Assembly (NCBI GenBank): GCA_963666275.2
Contig: CAXXOA010000002.1
Coordinates: 480,001 to 544,000, forward strand
Reading direction: 5' to 3'
DNA from: Oceanispirochaeta sp.
GTDB taxonomy: Bacteria; Spirochaetota; Spirochaetia; DSM-2461
Length of the DNA stretch: 64,000 nt
Shown here: positions 28,480 to 37,492 of the stretch, in pieces
How positions within the stretch are numbered: position 1 is the stretch's first letter
Layout of the letters: the number at the start of each line of letters is the position of its first letter
Translations under genes and position numbers: made by a program
The notes under the pieces: model-generated
Told to the model about the DNA's origin: nothing
Databases searched by the model: none
What the model saw: only the letters and a program-made list of their open reading frames with translations

Positions 28480-29484
28480 ATGGATAAACTGACTATTCGG
28501 AAACCTGATGATCTGCATCTGCATCTCAGACAGGGTGAGCCCCTAGCCGCGTATGTGCAGGAAACCGCCGCGGCATTTAAAAGGGCACTTGTTATGCCTA
28601 ACACGATTCCCCCTGTCAGCAATGTCGCTATTCTTGAAACCTATAGGAAAGAAATTGAACAGGCCGCTGAGGGATTTGTTCCTCTGATGGCTTTTAAAAT
28701 CCTTCCCGGTATGACCGGGGAGGATGTGGTAAAACTCAAATCCGCCGGTGTTCTTATTGGAAAGTACTATCCTGCAGGAGCTACAACAAATGCCGAAGAC
28801 GGTGTTTCCTCCCCTGACCAGATCAGAGATGTTCTGGCGGCTATGGAACAGGAAGGAATTGTTCTGAGTGTTCACGGAGAGGATCCGGAAGCTCCGGTTC
28901 TGGACCGGGAGGTTCGCTTCTTTCCCCAGCTAGAGCAGATCCTGGGGGATTATCCCCGCTTGAAAGTTGTTTTTGAGCATATTTCCTGCCGTGAAAGCCT
29001 GGATTTCCTCAATACCATGCCCGACCGTCTTGCGGGAACAGTCACGGTTCATCATCTCCTGTATACATTGGAAGATATGATGGGAGGAAGTTTCAACCCC
29101 CACCTGTTCTGTAAACCCGTTGTGAAATCCGGGAAGGACAGAGAGGCGCTGGTCGCGGCGGTCATGTCCGGACATCATCGGCTCTTCTTCGGTTCCGACA
29201 GCGCTCCTCACCCCAGGGAGAGAAAAGAGGCCTCGTCTGTGAGCGCCGGAGTTTTCTCTTCTCCTGTGGTTATGCCTCTGCTTGCGGAGCTTTTTGAAAA
29301 ACAGGGTGCCCTGGATAAGCTGGAGCCTTTTATCAGTATTCTCGGGGCCCGGTTTTACGGTCTTCCCTTGAATGAGGAAAAACTGACTCTTGTGAAAGAG
29401 GCCTGGAAGGTTCCTGAACTGATAGGAGGGGCTGTCCCTCTTCTGGCGGGAAAAGAGCTCTCCTGGAGGGTTCTCCCTTCCTGA
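28480..29484 (+). CDS. pyrC: Dihydroorotase (type II)
   Basis: DLHLHLR, VMPN, KYYPAGATTN, VHGE, FEHI, GSDSAPH. Confidence 0.95.
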   Translation: MDKLTIRKPDDLHLHLRQGEPLAAYVQETAAAFKRALVMPNTIPPVSNVAILETYRKEIEQAAEGFVPLMAFKILPGMTGEDVVKLKSAGVLIGKYYPAGATTNAEDGVSSPDQIRDVLAAMEQEGIVLSVHGEDPEAPVLDREVRFFPQLEQILGDYPRLKVVFEHISCRESLDFLNTMPDRLAGTVTVHHLLYTLEDMMGGSFNPHLFCKPVVKSGKDREALVAAVMSGHHRLFFGSDSAPHPRERKEASSVSAGVFSSPVVMPLLAELFEKQGALDKLEPFISILGARFYGLPLNEEKLTLVKEAWKVPELIGGAVPLLAGKELSWRVLPS

Positions 29485-29508
29485 GGTTTCCATTAAAATG
29501 GGGAAATT

Positions 29509-30255
29509 ATGATTATCATACCAGCAATAGATTTACTGGACGGCAAATGTGTCCGTCTGTTGAAAGGGGACTATAACTCTGTCAGTTCCTACGAAAATGA
29601 TCCGGCTGTCATGGCCGAACAGTTTCAGAATATGGGAGTCAAACGGCTTCATCTGGTTGATCTGGATGCCGCCAGAGGCCAGGGGAAGAATAACCGGCTA
29701 CAGATTCGGGCAATCCGGAAAGTCTTTAATGGACTTATCGAGGTCGGCGGAGGAGTCAGGACCGAAGAGGATATCCGGGAACTCCTGGATGCCGGTGTGG
29801 ACCGTCTTATTGTCGGGACTGTCCTGGCAAAGGATCCGGATCTTGTGGAAAGCTGGATCCGGAAATTCGGACCAGTATTCATAGCCGGGATCGATGCTCT
29901 TGACGGGGAAGTGAAAGTCTCCGGATGGGAGAAGGGAACAGCTCTGGGTGATGAAGATCTGGCTGTGAAATGCCGTCAGATCGGAATAAAAAATATTATC
30001 TATACCAATATAGCCAAAGACGGAACCCTGGAGGGACCTGATCTGGAACGGACCAGCAGGATTGCAGAAGTTTCCGGGCTGGCTGTGACCCTTTCAGGGG
30101 GGATCAGCAGCCAGGACGATGTGGACAGGGTCTGCCGGGACGGTAATGCAGGCATCAAAGGGATCATAACGGGAAAAGCCGTATACGAAGGCCGGATAGA
30201 CATCGGGTCTGCGGTGGAATCCTACCAGAAAGTGAACGAGGAGATTGACTGGTGA
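29509..30255 (+). CDS. hisA: ProFAR isomerase
   Basis: IIPAIDL..GKCVRL, HLVDLD, EVGGGVR, TNIAKDGTL.GP, SGG. Confidence 0.96.
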   Translation: MIIIPAIDLLDGKCVRLLKGDYNSVSSYENDPAVMAEQFQNMGVKRLHLVDLDAARGQGKNNRLQIRAIRKVFNGLIEVGGGVRTEEDIRELLDAGVDRLIVGTVLAKDPDLVESWIRKFGPVFIAGIDALDGEVKVSGWEKGTALGDEDLAVKCRQIGIKNIIYTNIAKDGTLEGPDLERTSRIAEVSGLAVTLSGGISSQDDVDRVCRDGNAGIKGIITGKAVYEGRIDIGSAVESYQKVNEEIDW

Positions 30256-30830
30256 GCGAAGGTGTAAATCTTCCGCTGATAGTGGAAATTGAAGGGGCCT
30301 CAGTAACGGGAGCCCTGATGAACGATAAAAGTTATTCCAAGAGCATTGAGAACAAGGTCCTCTGGGTGAGCCATCCGGAAACAGGACGAATCCTTCCCTA
30401 TAAGGGAGATCCCCGGTTTCTCAGGCTGGAAAAGGCGGAGAATTTCTATAAAGCTCTGCTTCCCGGAGGTTCGGAAGAAAAGGCCTATGATTTTGTCGTC
30501 GATGAACGGGATGTGGAAATTCATGAGGGAGTTGCCACAGCTTCGGATGGAGGAGAAGACAACAGTATCCTTGCCGATCTGACCGCGACCATTGCGGAAA
30601 GGCATCAGCAGATGCCCGAGGGATCCTATACAACCCATCTCTTTCAGAAAGGGCCGGATAAAATCCGGAAGAAAGCGGGTGAGGAAGCCATCGAACTTGT
30701 ACTGGCCCGGTCTAAAGAGGACCTTATCTATGAGTCTGCTGATCTCATATATCACCTCATGGTTCTTCTGGAATCAGAGGGACTGAAAATACAGGATGTT
30801 CTTCTGGAACTGAAAAAACGGCACAGCTGA
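30252..30830 (+). CDS. hisE: Phosphoribosyl-ATP diphosphatase with degenerate HisI-like N-terminus
   Basis: SYTTHLF, KKAGEEAIE, ESADLIYHL. Confidence 0.9.
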   Translation: MSEGVNLPLIVEIEGASVTGALMNDKSYSKSIENKVLWVSHPETGRILPYKGDPRFLRLEKAENFYKALLPGGSEEKAYDFVVDERDVEIHEGVATASDGGEDNSILADLTATIAERHQQMPEGSYTTHLFQKGPDKIRKKAGEEAIELVLARSKEDLIYESADLIYHLMVLLESEGLKIQDVLLELKKRHS

Positions 30831-30841
30831 TTGATCTGAAT

Positions 30842-30875
30842 AAAAAAAATACCGCCCTTGAGGCGGTATTTTTTT
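30842..30875. terminator. Bidirectional intrinsic terminator
   Basis: A8-TACCGCC-CTTGA-GGCGGTA-T7 between convergent genes. Confidence 0.9.
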
Positions 30876-30887
30876 GGCTCTCTCTGA

Positions 30888-32378
30888 TTACTTCTCTTCC
30901 AGGGCTCTGTTGATAGCCTCTGCGGCCCTGCGTCCGTCTCCCATGGCCAGGATGACCGTGGCGGCTCCCTGGGAGATATCTCCCCCCGCATAGACCATGT
31001 CCAGTGAGGTCTTCTGGTTTTCATCGACCTTGACAGTTCCCCATTCGGTAAACTCCAGCCCCGGGGTTGTCTGTTTGATCAGAGGATTCGAGGCGTTTCC
31101 GATGGCGGGTATGCACACATCCACGGGAATCTCGAACTCACTACCTTCAACGGCTACAGGACGCCTTCTGCCCGAAGCGTCGGGTTCTCCCAGTTCGTAT
31201 TTCAGGCACTCGATGGCCCGTACCCGGCCCTCGTCATCGCCCAGGATCCGCACAGGGTTGGTGAGCATATTAAAAATCACGCCCTCTTCCCGGGCATGAT
31301 GCACCTCTTCCACACGGGCGGGCATCTCTTTCTCGGTCCGGCGGTAGATGATATGAACCTCTTCGGCTCCCAGACGGACCGCTGTTCTGGCTGCATCCAT
31401 GGCCACATTGCCCCCGCCGAAAACGGCCACACGGGTCCCCTTGTAGATGGGGGTTTCCGAATTGCTGTCATCGTAGGCTTTCATCAGGTTCGACCGGGTC
31501 AGGTATTCGTTGGCCGAAAAGACCCCCACCAGGTTCTCGCCCTCAATGTGCATAAACTTGGGTAGTCCCGCTCCCGAGGATATATAGACCGCATCATAGC
31601 CGTCCTTCTCCATCAGGTCTTTCAGTTTTCTGGTCCGGCCCACCAGGAAGTTGGTTTCGATCTCAACGCCCATCTCCCTGAGGCCCTGAACCTCCAGGTC
31701 CACAATCTCCTTGGGCAGACGGAATTCGGGGATTCCGTAAACTGTTACGCCGCCGGGTTTGTGGAAGGCCTCGAAAATGGTGACCCCGTGGCCGGCCTTT
31801 CTCAGGTCCGCCGCGGCGGTCAGTCCAGAAGGCCCGCTGCCGATAATGGCCACTTTCTTTCCTGTTTCGCACGCAATCTGTACGGAAGGCTTTTCGCCGT
31901 TCTCCCGCTCCCGGTCCGCCAGGAACCGTTCGATCCGGCCGATGGCCACCGACTTTTCCGGATCCTTAAGGATCTTGCCCAGGGTGCACTGTTCCATGCA
32001 CTGCTTTTCCTGGGGGCAGACCCGTCCGCAGATCGCCGGGAGCATGCTGCTCTCTTTGATGGTGGCAATGGCGCCTTTGAAGTCTCCCGCTCCCGCCTGG
32101 TCTATAAACCCGGGGATATCAATACTCACGGGGCAGCCCTTGATGCAGGGGGCGTTTTTGCACTGGAGACAGCGCAGGGACTCCACAAGCACCTGCTCCT
32201 CGCTGTATCCCAGGGCGACCTCTTCCATATTGCCCCGGCGGACCGCCGGATCCTGGGAGGGCATATCCTGCTGGGGAATGTCCCGGCGGGATTTGGCTGT
32301 CAGCTCTTTATCTTTCAGTTCCTTCAGGAGCTCTTCCGCTTCCCTGTGGAGTGTTTCGGGGGATTTATATGCACTCAT
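30888..32378 (-). CDS. nfnB: NfnB / GltD-like FAD, [4Fe-4S] subunit of electron-bifurcating transhydrogenase
   Basis: RCLQC..APC..GCP, CGRVCPQE.QC, GSGPSG, GGGNVAMD, AGGD..GAATV; directly downstream of an NfnA-like gene; no gltB nearby. Confidence 0.85.
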   Translation of the reverse strand: MSAYKSPETLHREAEELLKELKDKELTAKSRRDIPQQDMPSQDPAVRRGNMEEVALGYSEEQVLVESLRCLQCKNAPCIKGCPVSIDIPGFIDQAGAGDFKGAIATIKESSMLPAICGRVCPQEKQCMEQCTLGKILKDPEKSVAIGRIERFLADRERENGEKPSVQIACETGKKVAIIGSGPSGLTAAADLRKAGHGVTIFEAFHKPGGVTVYGIPEFRLPKEIVDLEVQGLREMGVEIETNFLVGRTRKLKDLMEKDGYDAVYISSGAGLPKFMHIEGENLVGVFSANEYLTRSNLMKAYDDSNSETPIYKGTRVAVFGGGNVAMDAARTAVRLGAEEVHIIYRRTEKEMPARVEEVHHAREEGVIFNMLTNPVRILGDDEGRVRAIECLKYELGEPDASGRRRPVAVEGSEFEIPVDVCIPAIGNASNPLIKQTTPGLEFTEWGTVKVDENQKTSLDMVYAGGDISQGAATVILAMGDGRRAAEAINRALEEK

Positions 32379-33226
32379 TTGTTCTTCTCCAGTTTCTCCG
32401 CCTGGGCGTCCAGGTTGCAGCGGTGGCTCTCCTGGCCCTTGTAGGCTTTCAGACGGGACATCATATTGTCAAAGTCCACCAGGTGACCGTCAAACTCGGG
32501 GCCGTCTACACAGACGAATTTGGTTTTGCCGCCGATAGTGACCCGGCAGCCGCCGCACATACCCGTACCGTCCACCATGATTGTATTCAGGGAGACTGTG
32601 GTGGGGACTTTGTAGGGCCTTGTGGTTTCGGCGCAGAATTTCATCATGATCGGGGGGCCGATGGCCACCACTTCCGCCGGGGGAACGTCTTTTTCGCAGA
32701 GTTCCTTCAGGGGGACCGTGACCAGATCTTTCCGGCCGTAGGAGCCGTCGTCGGTACAGATGATAAGTTCATCCGCCAGGGCTTCCATCTCTTCCTTCAT
32801 AATCAGAAGGTCTTTGTTCCGAGCGCCCATAATCACAATGACCCGATTGCCCGCTTCTTTGTGGGCCTGAACGATCGGGTGCATGGGAGCCACGCCGATA
32901 CCGCCTCCCACACAGACCACGGGGCCGTCCATTTTTTCAATATGCGTAGGCTGTCCAAGAGGGCCCAGGACGGTTTCGATGGTATCACCGGCATTTTTAC
33001 GGCTCAGTTTCAGGGTGGTCGCCCCCACAGCCTGGAAGATGATCTCAATAAATCCTTCTTCCGCATCGGCGTTGGCAATGGTCAGAGGAATCCGTTCTCC
33101 GTACTCCTTGTCCACCTGAAGGATCAGAAACTGCCCCGCCTGTCTCTCTTCCGCAATGAGAGGGGCTTCGATTTTCATACGGAATACATCAGCCGACAGC
33201 TGTGTCTTTGCAAGAATTTTATTCAT
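32375..33226 (-). CDS. nfnA: NfnA (FAD/NAD-binding, [2Fe-2S]) subunit
   Basis: GERIPLTI, GPLG, GGGIGVAP, MVDGTGMCGGCRV, CVDGPEF; SD GGAG before ATG 33226. Confidence 0.88.
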   Translation of the reverse strand: MNKILAKTQLSADVFRMKIEAPLIAEERQAGQFLILQVDKEYGERIPLTIANADAEEGFIEIIFQAVGATTLKLSRKNAGDTIETVLGPLGQPTHIEKMDGPVVCVGGGIGVAPMHPIVQAHKEAGNRVIVIMGARNKDLLIMKEEMEALADELIICTDDGSYGRKDLVTVPLKELCEKDVPPAEVVAIGPPIMMKFCAETTRPYKVPTTVSLNTIMVDGTGMCGGCRVTIGGKTKFVCVDGPEFDGHLVDFDNMMSRLKAYKGQESHRCNLDAQAEKLEKNK

Positions 33227-33403
33227 TCTCAACTCCAAAATATTTTAAAACTTCTGTGTAAATTTCAGCTTATTCAATTTGAAAAGGCATTATGGTAAAC
33301 CAGAGTATGCTACCCTGTTTTGGACAATTTTTCAAATATTGTTGATATAAATATTTATTTATCGAAAATGGGGAGAGGATTCAAAAATAAGGGGAGGTCG
33401 GAA

Positions 33404-33847
33404 TCAGACAAATTTGTTGTAGCTTTTCAGCATAAGAAAACTTTCTGTAGAGGTAACATTTTTCACAGCTGAAAGTTCTTCTGTCAGAAAACGGACAAGC
33501 CCGTGATTGGAGTCTATCAGAACCTGGACAAACAGATCGTACCTTCCTGAAGTGATGGAGACATCCAGAACATTGGGTAACTGGGATATTTCCATGGCTT
33601 TTGCTTCCAGCAGGGAAGACTCCGAAACATTGACAGCTATGGTAGCCAGCTGCTGATTCTCAAGAACTTCGGGATTGATTAAGGCACGGATCTTAACAAT
33701 GTCCGCATCTTTCAATCTTTTGAGTCTCTGTCTGACAGTTCCCTCGGAAATTCCAAGCTGCCTGGCAATGGCATTATTGTTCTGATGGGAGTCTCTGAGA
33801 GTATTAATAATTTTCCAGTCTATATCGTCGGGTTGCATGGTATACAT
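33404..33847 (-). CDS. Lrp/AsnC family transcriptional regulator
   Basis: DDIDWKII, IARQLGISEGTVRQRLKRL, TSGRYDL. Confidence 0.92.
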   Translation of the reverse strand: MYTMQPDDIDWKIINTLRDSHQNNNAIARQLGISEGTVRQRLKRLKDADIVKIRALINPEVLENQQLATIAVNVSESSLLEAKAMEISQLPNVLDVSITSGRYDLFVQVLIDSNHGLVRFLTEELSAVKNVTSTESFLMLKSYNKFV

Positions 33848-34947
33848 TCCTCTAGGGAAGTATACGGTATATCCAATGCTTGGGCAACTCTCTCACATGT
33901 AAGAAGACCTTCATAAGTGTTTACACCCTTCCGGATTGTATCGCTGGCACACGCCGCTTTTTCTATTCCCATAGCTGCAATCATCAATCCGTAGCGGAGA
34001 GTCGCGCCGGTTAAAGCCATGGTAGATGTCAGGGCAACCGCCCCGGGCATATTGGCAACACAGTAGTGGACCACTCCATCGATAGTAAAAACAGGATCAT
34101 CATGAGTTGTGGGTCTTGTTGTTTCAAAACATCCCCCCTGGTCTACGGCCACATCCACAATCACCGTACCGGGTTTCATTTCAGCCAGGTCTCGCTTTTT
34201 AATGAGGTGAGGCGCTCTGGCTCCGGGGATCAGAACAGCACCGATGACAAGATCACTCTCTCTGATGACTTTGTGAATATTCTGCTCCGTACTGTACAGG
34301 GTTGTGACCCTGCCTCCGAAGATATCATCCAGATAGGCCAGTCTGTCTGCATTTATATCGAGAATTGTGACTTCCGCACCCAGGCCCACTGCCATTTTCG
34401 CTGCATTGGTACCGACAACGCCGCCACCCAGGACAGCGACTTTACCTCTGTGAACTCCGGGAACTCCCCCCAGAAGAACTCCCCGGCCGCCCTGGGGCTT
34501 TTCAAGAAATCTTGCCCCCTCCTGAACGGACAGACGTCCGGCAATTTCACTCATAGGGGTTAAGCAGGGCAGTTTTCCATTGTGTTCCATCGTTTCATAG
34601 GCAACCGCTTTGACCTTTTTTCTCATAAGTGCTTCTGCCTGCTCTTTATCCGCCGCCAGGTGAAGGTAGGTATAGAGAACCTGTCCTTCATGAAACAGAT
34701 CATATTCCGAGGGCTGAGGTTCCTTCACTTTTACAATCATATCGGCTCTGTCAAAAAGCTCTTTCTTATCCCTGACAATTTCCGCACCGGCGTGTGAATA
34801 TTCCAGATCTGAGAAACCAGAGGACTCTCCTGCATCTTTTTCAACAAGAACCTCATGGCCTCCGGCAATATAGGCTTTCACATTATCCGGTGTCAGTCCA
34901 ACCCTGTATTCATGAGTTTTGATCTCTCTGGCTACAGCTACAATCAT
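33820..34947 (-). CDS. ald: Alanine dehydrogenase
   Basis: EIKTHEYRVGLTP, KVKEP, YLHLAA, MSEIAGR, GGGVVG, DVAVDQGG, YCVANMPGAV. Confidence 0.96.
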   Translation of the reverse strand: MIVAVAREIKTHEYRVGLTPDNVKAYIAGGHEVLVEKDAGESSGFSDLEYSHAGAEIVRDKKELFDRADMIVKVKEPQPSEYDLFHEGQVLYTYLHLAADKEQAEALMRKKVKAVAYETMEHNGKLPCLTPMSEIAGRLSVQEGARFLEKPQGGRGVLLGGVPGVHRGKVAVLGGGVVGTNAAKMAVGLGAEVTILDINADRLAYLDDIFGGRVTTLYSTEQNIHKVIRESDLVIGAVLIPGARAPHLIKKRDLAEMKPGTVIVDVAVDQGGCFETTRPTTHDDPVFTIDGVVHYCVANMPGAVALTSTMALTGATLRYGLMIAAMGIEKAACASDTIRKGVNTYEGLLTCERVAQALDIPYTSLEECIPCNPTI

Positions 34948-34986
34948 TTTACGGCTCCTTTTTACATTTAAAAACGAAATGCGGTC

Positions 34987-35001
34987 TACAATTAAATTGT
35001 A
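34987..35001. promoter_or_regulatory. Palindromic operator candidate upstream of ald
   Basis: TACAATT-A-AATTGTA, perfect 7-1-7 palindrome. Confidence 0.4.
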
Positions 35002-35142
35002 AAACGAAAAACGTAATAAAACAATTATTTAACAATATTAAGCGTAATCCAGGCAGGGGAATCAGAGGAGATCCCTGAAAAGGGCTGCATTCGGGGCTCC
35101 CGGCATACTGACCAAGGTGTTTTATTGGTGTATAAAAGAAAA

Positions 35143-37410
35143 ATGGAAAAGAAATTCGGAACCTTCAAAGGGGTTTTTGTCCCCTCCACAGAGGCCATTC
35201 TCGGAACAGTTCTGTTTCTGCTTATGCCGCTCCTGGTGGCTGATGTCGGCCTGTTTCCCATGCTTCTGATTGTTATACTGGCCCATACCGTTACAATCTC
35301 GACAAGTTTCTCCCTGGCTGACTGCGCCACCAACCTCAATACCATTGAGGGAGGGGGGATGTATGCCCTGGCAAAAAAATCCCTGGGAAATGCCATGGGC
35401 GGCTCCATCGGGATAATGCTCTATCTTGCCCAGGCGGCTTCAGTGGGCTTTTATTCCATAGGTTTTGCGGAACCTCTCCAGCCCCTCCTGGCCCCTCTTC
35501 TGGGGTTTCTGGAACCCTTCCGCGATTTTTCTCCCCAGGGGATCCTGTTGCAGAAACAGCTCCTGGCTTCTTTCTTTTTTATCATTTTCTTTATTATCGT
35601 TATGGCCGGGGCGGATTTCACTTTGAAAATTCAGACTCTTATCCTTGTGGTACTGGGAGTCAGTGTCGGGGCCATTTTTATTTCCCCCCTTCTGGGTCTC
35701 TCCTATAAGGGGTCTGAGGTTTTTCAGTCCAGGCCTGTTCTATCGGGGAACAGGCCCCTGACAGTGGGGGTATTCTTTCTGGCTTTTACACAGTTTTTCC
35801 CTGCAGTTACAGGTATCAGTACTGGTGTGGGGATGAGCGGGGATCTGAAAGACCCCGGTAGGAGCATTGTCAGGGGAACTTTCTCCGCCATACTCGTGAC
35901 AATGGCTGTCTATCTCTCCGTGACTGTTCTGTTTTCCTTTATAGACAGAGACATCATTCTAACAGGTTATTCCGGTCAGAATCCCGAAGGCCGACTGCTT
36001 ACGGAACTGTTCGGCCTGGGTAAACCCCTCCCTGCGGGGCTCCCGGGACTGCTGATCCTGCTGGGGGTTCTTTTTGCCACCTGTTCTTCCGCTCTGAGTG
36101 TTTTTATGACCGGTCCCCGGACTCTCCAGTATCTGGCAAAGGATGGAATTCTGCCGGGGAAACTGGATTTTCTGGAGAAGGACTTCCGGGAAGGGGGAAC
36201 AGAGCCCCGTTATGCCCTGATTGTCACTTTTGTCCTGGGAATCAGCATTATCTGGATGGGGAACATCAATTTCGCCGCTATCCTTGTGGGTATCCTGTTC
36301 CTGGTTGTATACGGCTGGGTGAATGGAGCGGCATTTCTGGAAAGAATCAGTCGAAACCCTTCCTTCAGACCGACTTTCAATGGTCACTGGCTGATCTCTC
36401 TTTATGGTTTCGCTTCCTGTCTGGCGGCGATCTCCCTTTTTAACTGGAAGATTGGTTTGATGATTTTTCTCTCCCAGTACTGGATGTTCAAACTGATCCT
36501 CAAGTATAAAGCCGAAGGAAAACTTGAGGGTGTCTGGTGGGGCTTTCTTTTCCGTCTCATCACAAGGGCTCTTGAGAGTCTTCAGGGCATTGTTCAGGGG
36601 TCTCATAACTGGCGTCCTGTCATTGCCTCTTTTGCCTACAGGGAAGAGTACGATATCTGGAGGAAGATTGCCTTCCTGTCGGAAAAACTGGCCTCCTATC
36701 AGGGGCTTGTAAGCCTGAACATTCTGGCCCTGCCAAAACTGGCGGAGGCACCCCTGGACTGTTCCAGCCTTTCCATCCCGGCAGTGGAGATCTCTACAGG
36801 ATCTCCCGGACAGACTGTTCTGGATCTCATGCAGAGCTGTCAGCACAGCGGGATAGCTCCCAATACGGTGCTTATGCAGTATCACAGCAAACTGGAAAAT
36901 GTGAAAATTCTCAACAGAGCCCTGTCCTTGAATAAGGACATCCTTTTTCTGAAAAACGGAGAGAGGTTTAAAACCGGGGGGACCCTGGATATCTGGTGGC
37001 GGGGAGAACAGAACGGAAATCTGATGGTTCTCCTGGCCTACATCATGAATCTGTCTTCCGAGGAGAGAGACCGCTATGATATAAGGATTCTCCGGAAACT
37101 GGGGAGGGATGAACAGAAGGATCTGGCCGAGGAGGAACTGCGTTCCCTGCTGAAAAAAGCCCGCCTTAAAGGCGAGATTCTGATTCTGGATGAACCGGAG
37201 GTCTCCTTCAAAGAGGCCCTGGATAAGGTTTCCTCTTCAACCAGTCTGATTATGATGGGGCTTCCGGGAAATTATGTTTCTGAAAACGGAAACCGTTCGC
37301 TATTCAAACTGAATGAGTTCTTCTTTGATAAGGAGATCAACGGATACGGAAATCTGCCGGCCATCCTGTTTGTCAGATCCTCCCGTCCCATGACTCTTAT
37401 GGAGGAGTGA
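35143..37410 (+). CDS. Cation-chloride cotransporter (CCC/SLC12-like) amino-acid permease
   Basis: KFGTFKGVF.P, GGGMY...SLG...GG.IG, FFPAVTGI..G..MSGDL, NWRP, DIWW in the C-terminal soluble domain. Confidence 0.88.
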   Translation: MEKKFGTFKGVFVPSTEAILGTVLFLLMPLLVADVGLFPMLLIVILAHTVTISTSFSLADCATNLNTIEGGGMYALAKKSLGNAMGGSIGIMLYLAQAASVGFYSIGFAEPLQPLLAPLLGFLEPFRDFSPQGILLQKQLLASFFFIIFFIIVMAGADFTLKIQTLILVVLGVSVGAIFISPLLGLSYKGSEVFQSRPVLSGNRPLTVGVFFLAFTQFFPAVTGISTGVGMSGDLKDPGRSIVRGTFSAILVTMAVYLSVTVLFSFIDRDIILTGYSGQNPEGRLLTELFGLGKPLPAGLPGLLILLGVLFATCSSALSVFMTGPRTLQYLAKDGILPGKLDFLEKDFREGGTEPRYALIVTFVLGISIIWMGNINFAAILVGILFLVVYGWVNGAAFLERISRNPSFRPTFNGHWLISLYGFASCLAAISLFNWKIGLMIFLSQYWMFKLILKYKAEGKLEGVWWGFLFRLITRALESLQGIVQGSHNWRPVIASFAYREEYDIWRKIAFLSEKLASYQGLVSLNILALPKLAEAPLDCSSLSIPAVEISTGSPGQTVLDLMQSCQHSGIAPNTVLMQYHSKLENVKILNRALSLNKDILFLKNGERFKTGGTLDIWWRGEQNGNLMVLLAYIMNLSSEERDRYDIRILRKLGRDEQKDLAEEELRSLLKKARLKGEILILDEPEVSFKEALDKVSSSTSLIMMGLPGNYVSENGNRSLFKLNEFFFDKEINGYGNLPAILFVRSSRPMTLMEE

Positions 37411-37437
37411 CAGGACTTTCATTCAGAGATTGTAAAG

Positions 37438-37479
37438 AAAAAAAAATGGACTGCCCGATTGGACAGTCCATTTCTTTTT
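37438..37479. terminator. Bidirectional intrinsic terminator
   Basis: A-run, AAATGGACTG...CAGTCCATTT stem, T-run, between convergent genes. Confidence 0.85.
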
Positions 37480-37492
37480 ATAAAGAACAGCC

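Noticed and set aside
33240..33400. Rex operator upstream of nfnAB
   Set aside because: No adequate match to TTGTGAA-N4-TTCACAA; only AT-rich partial palindromes.
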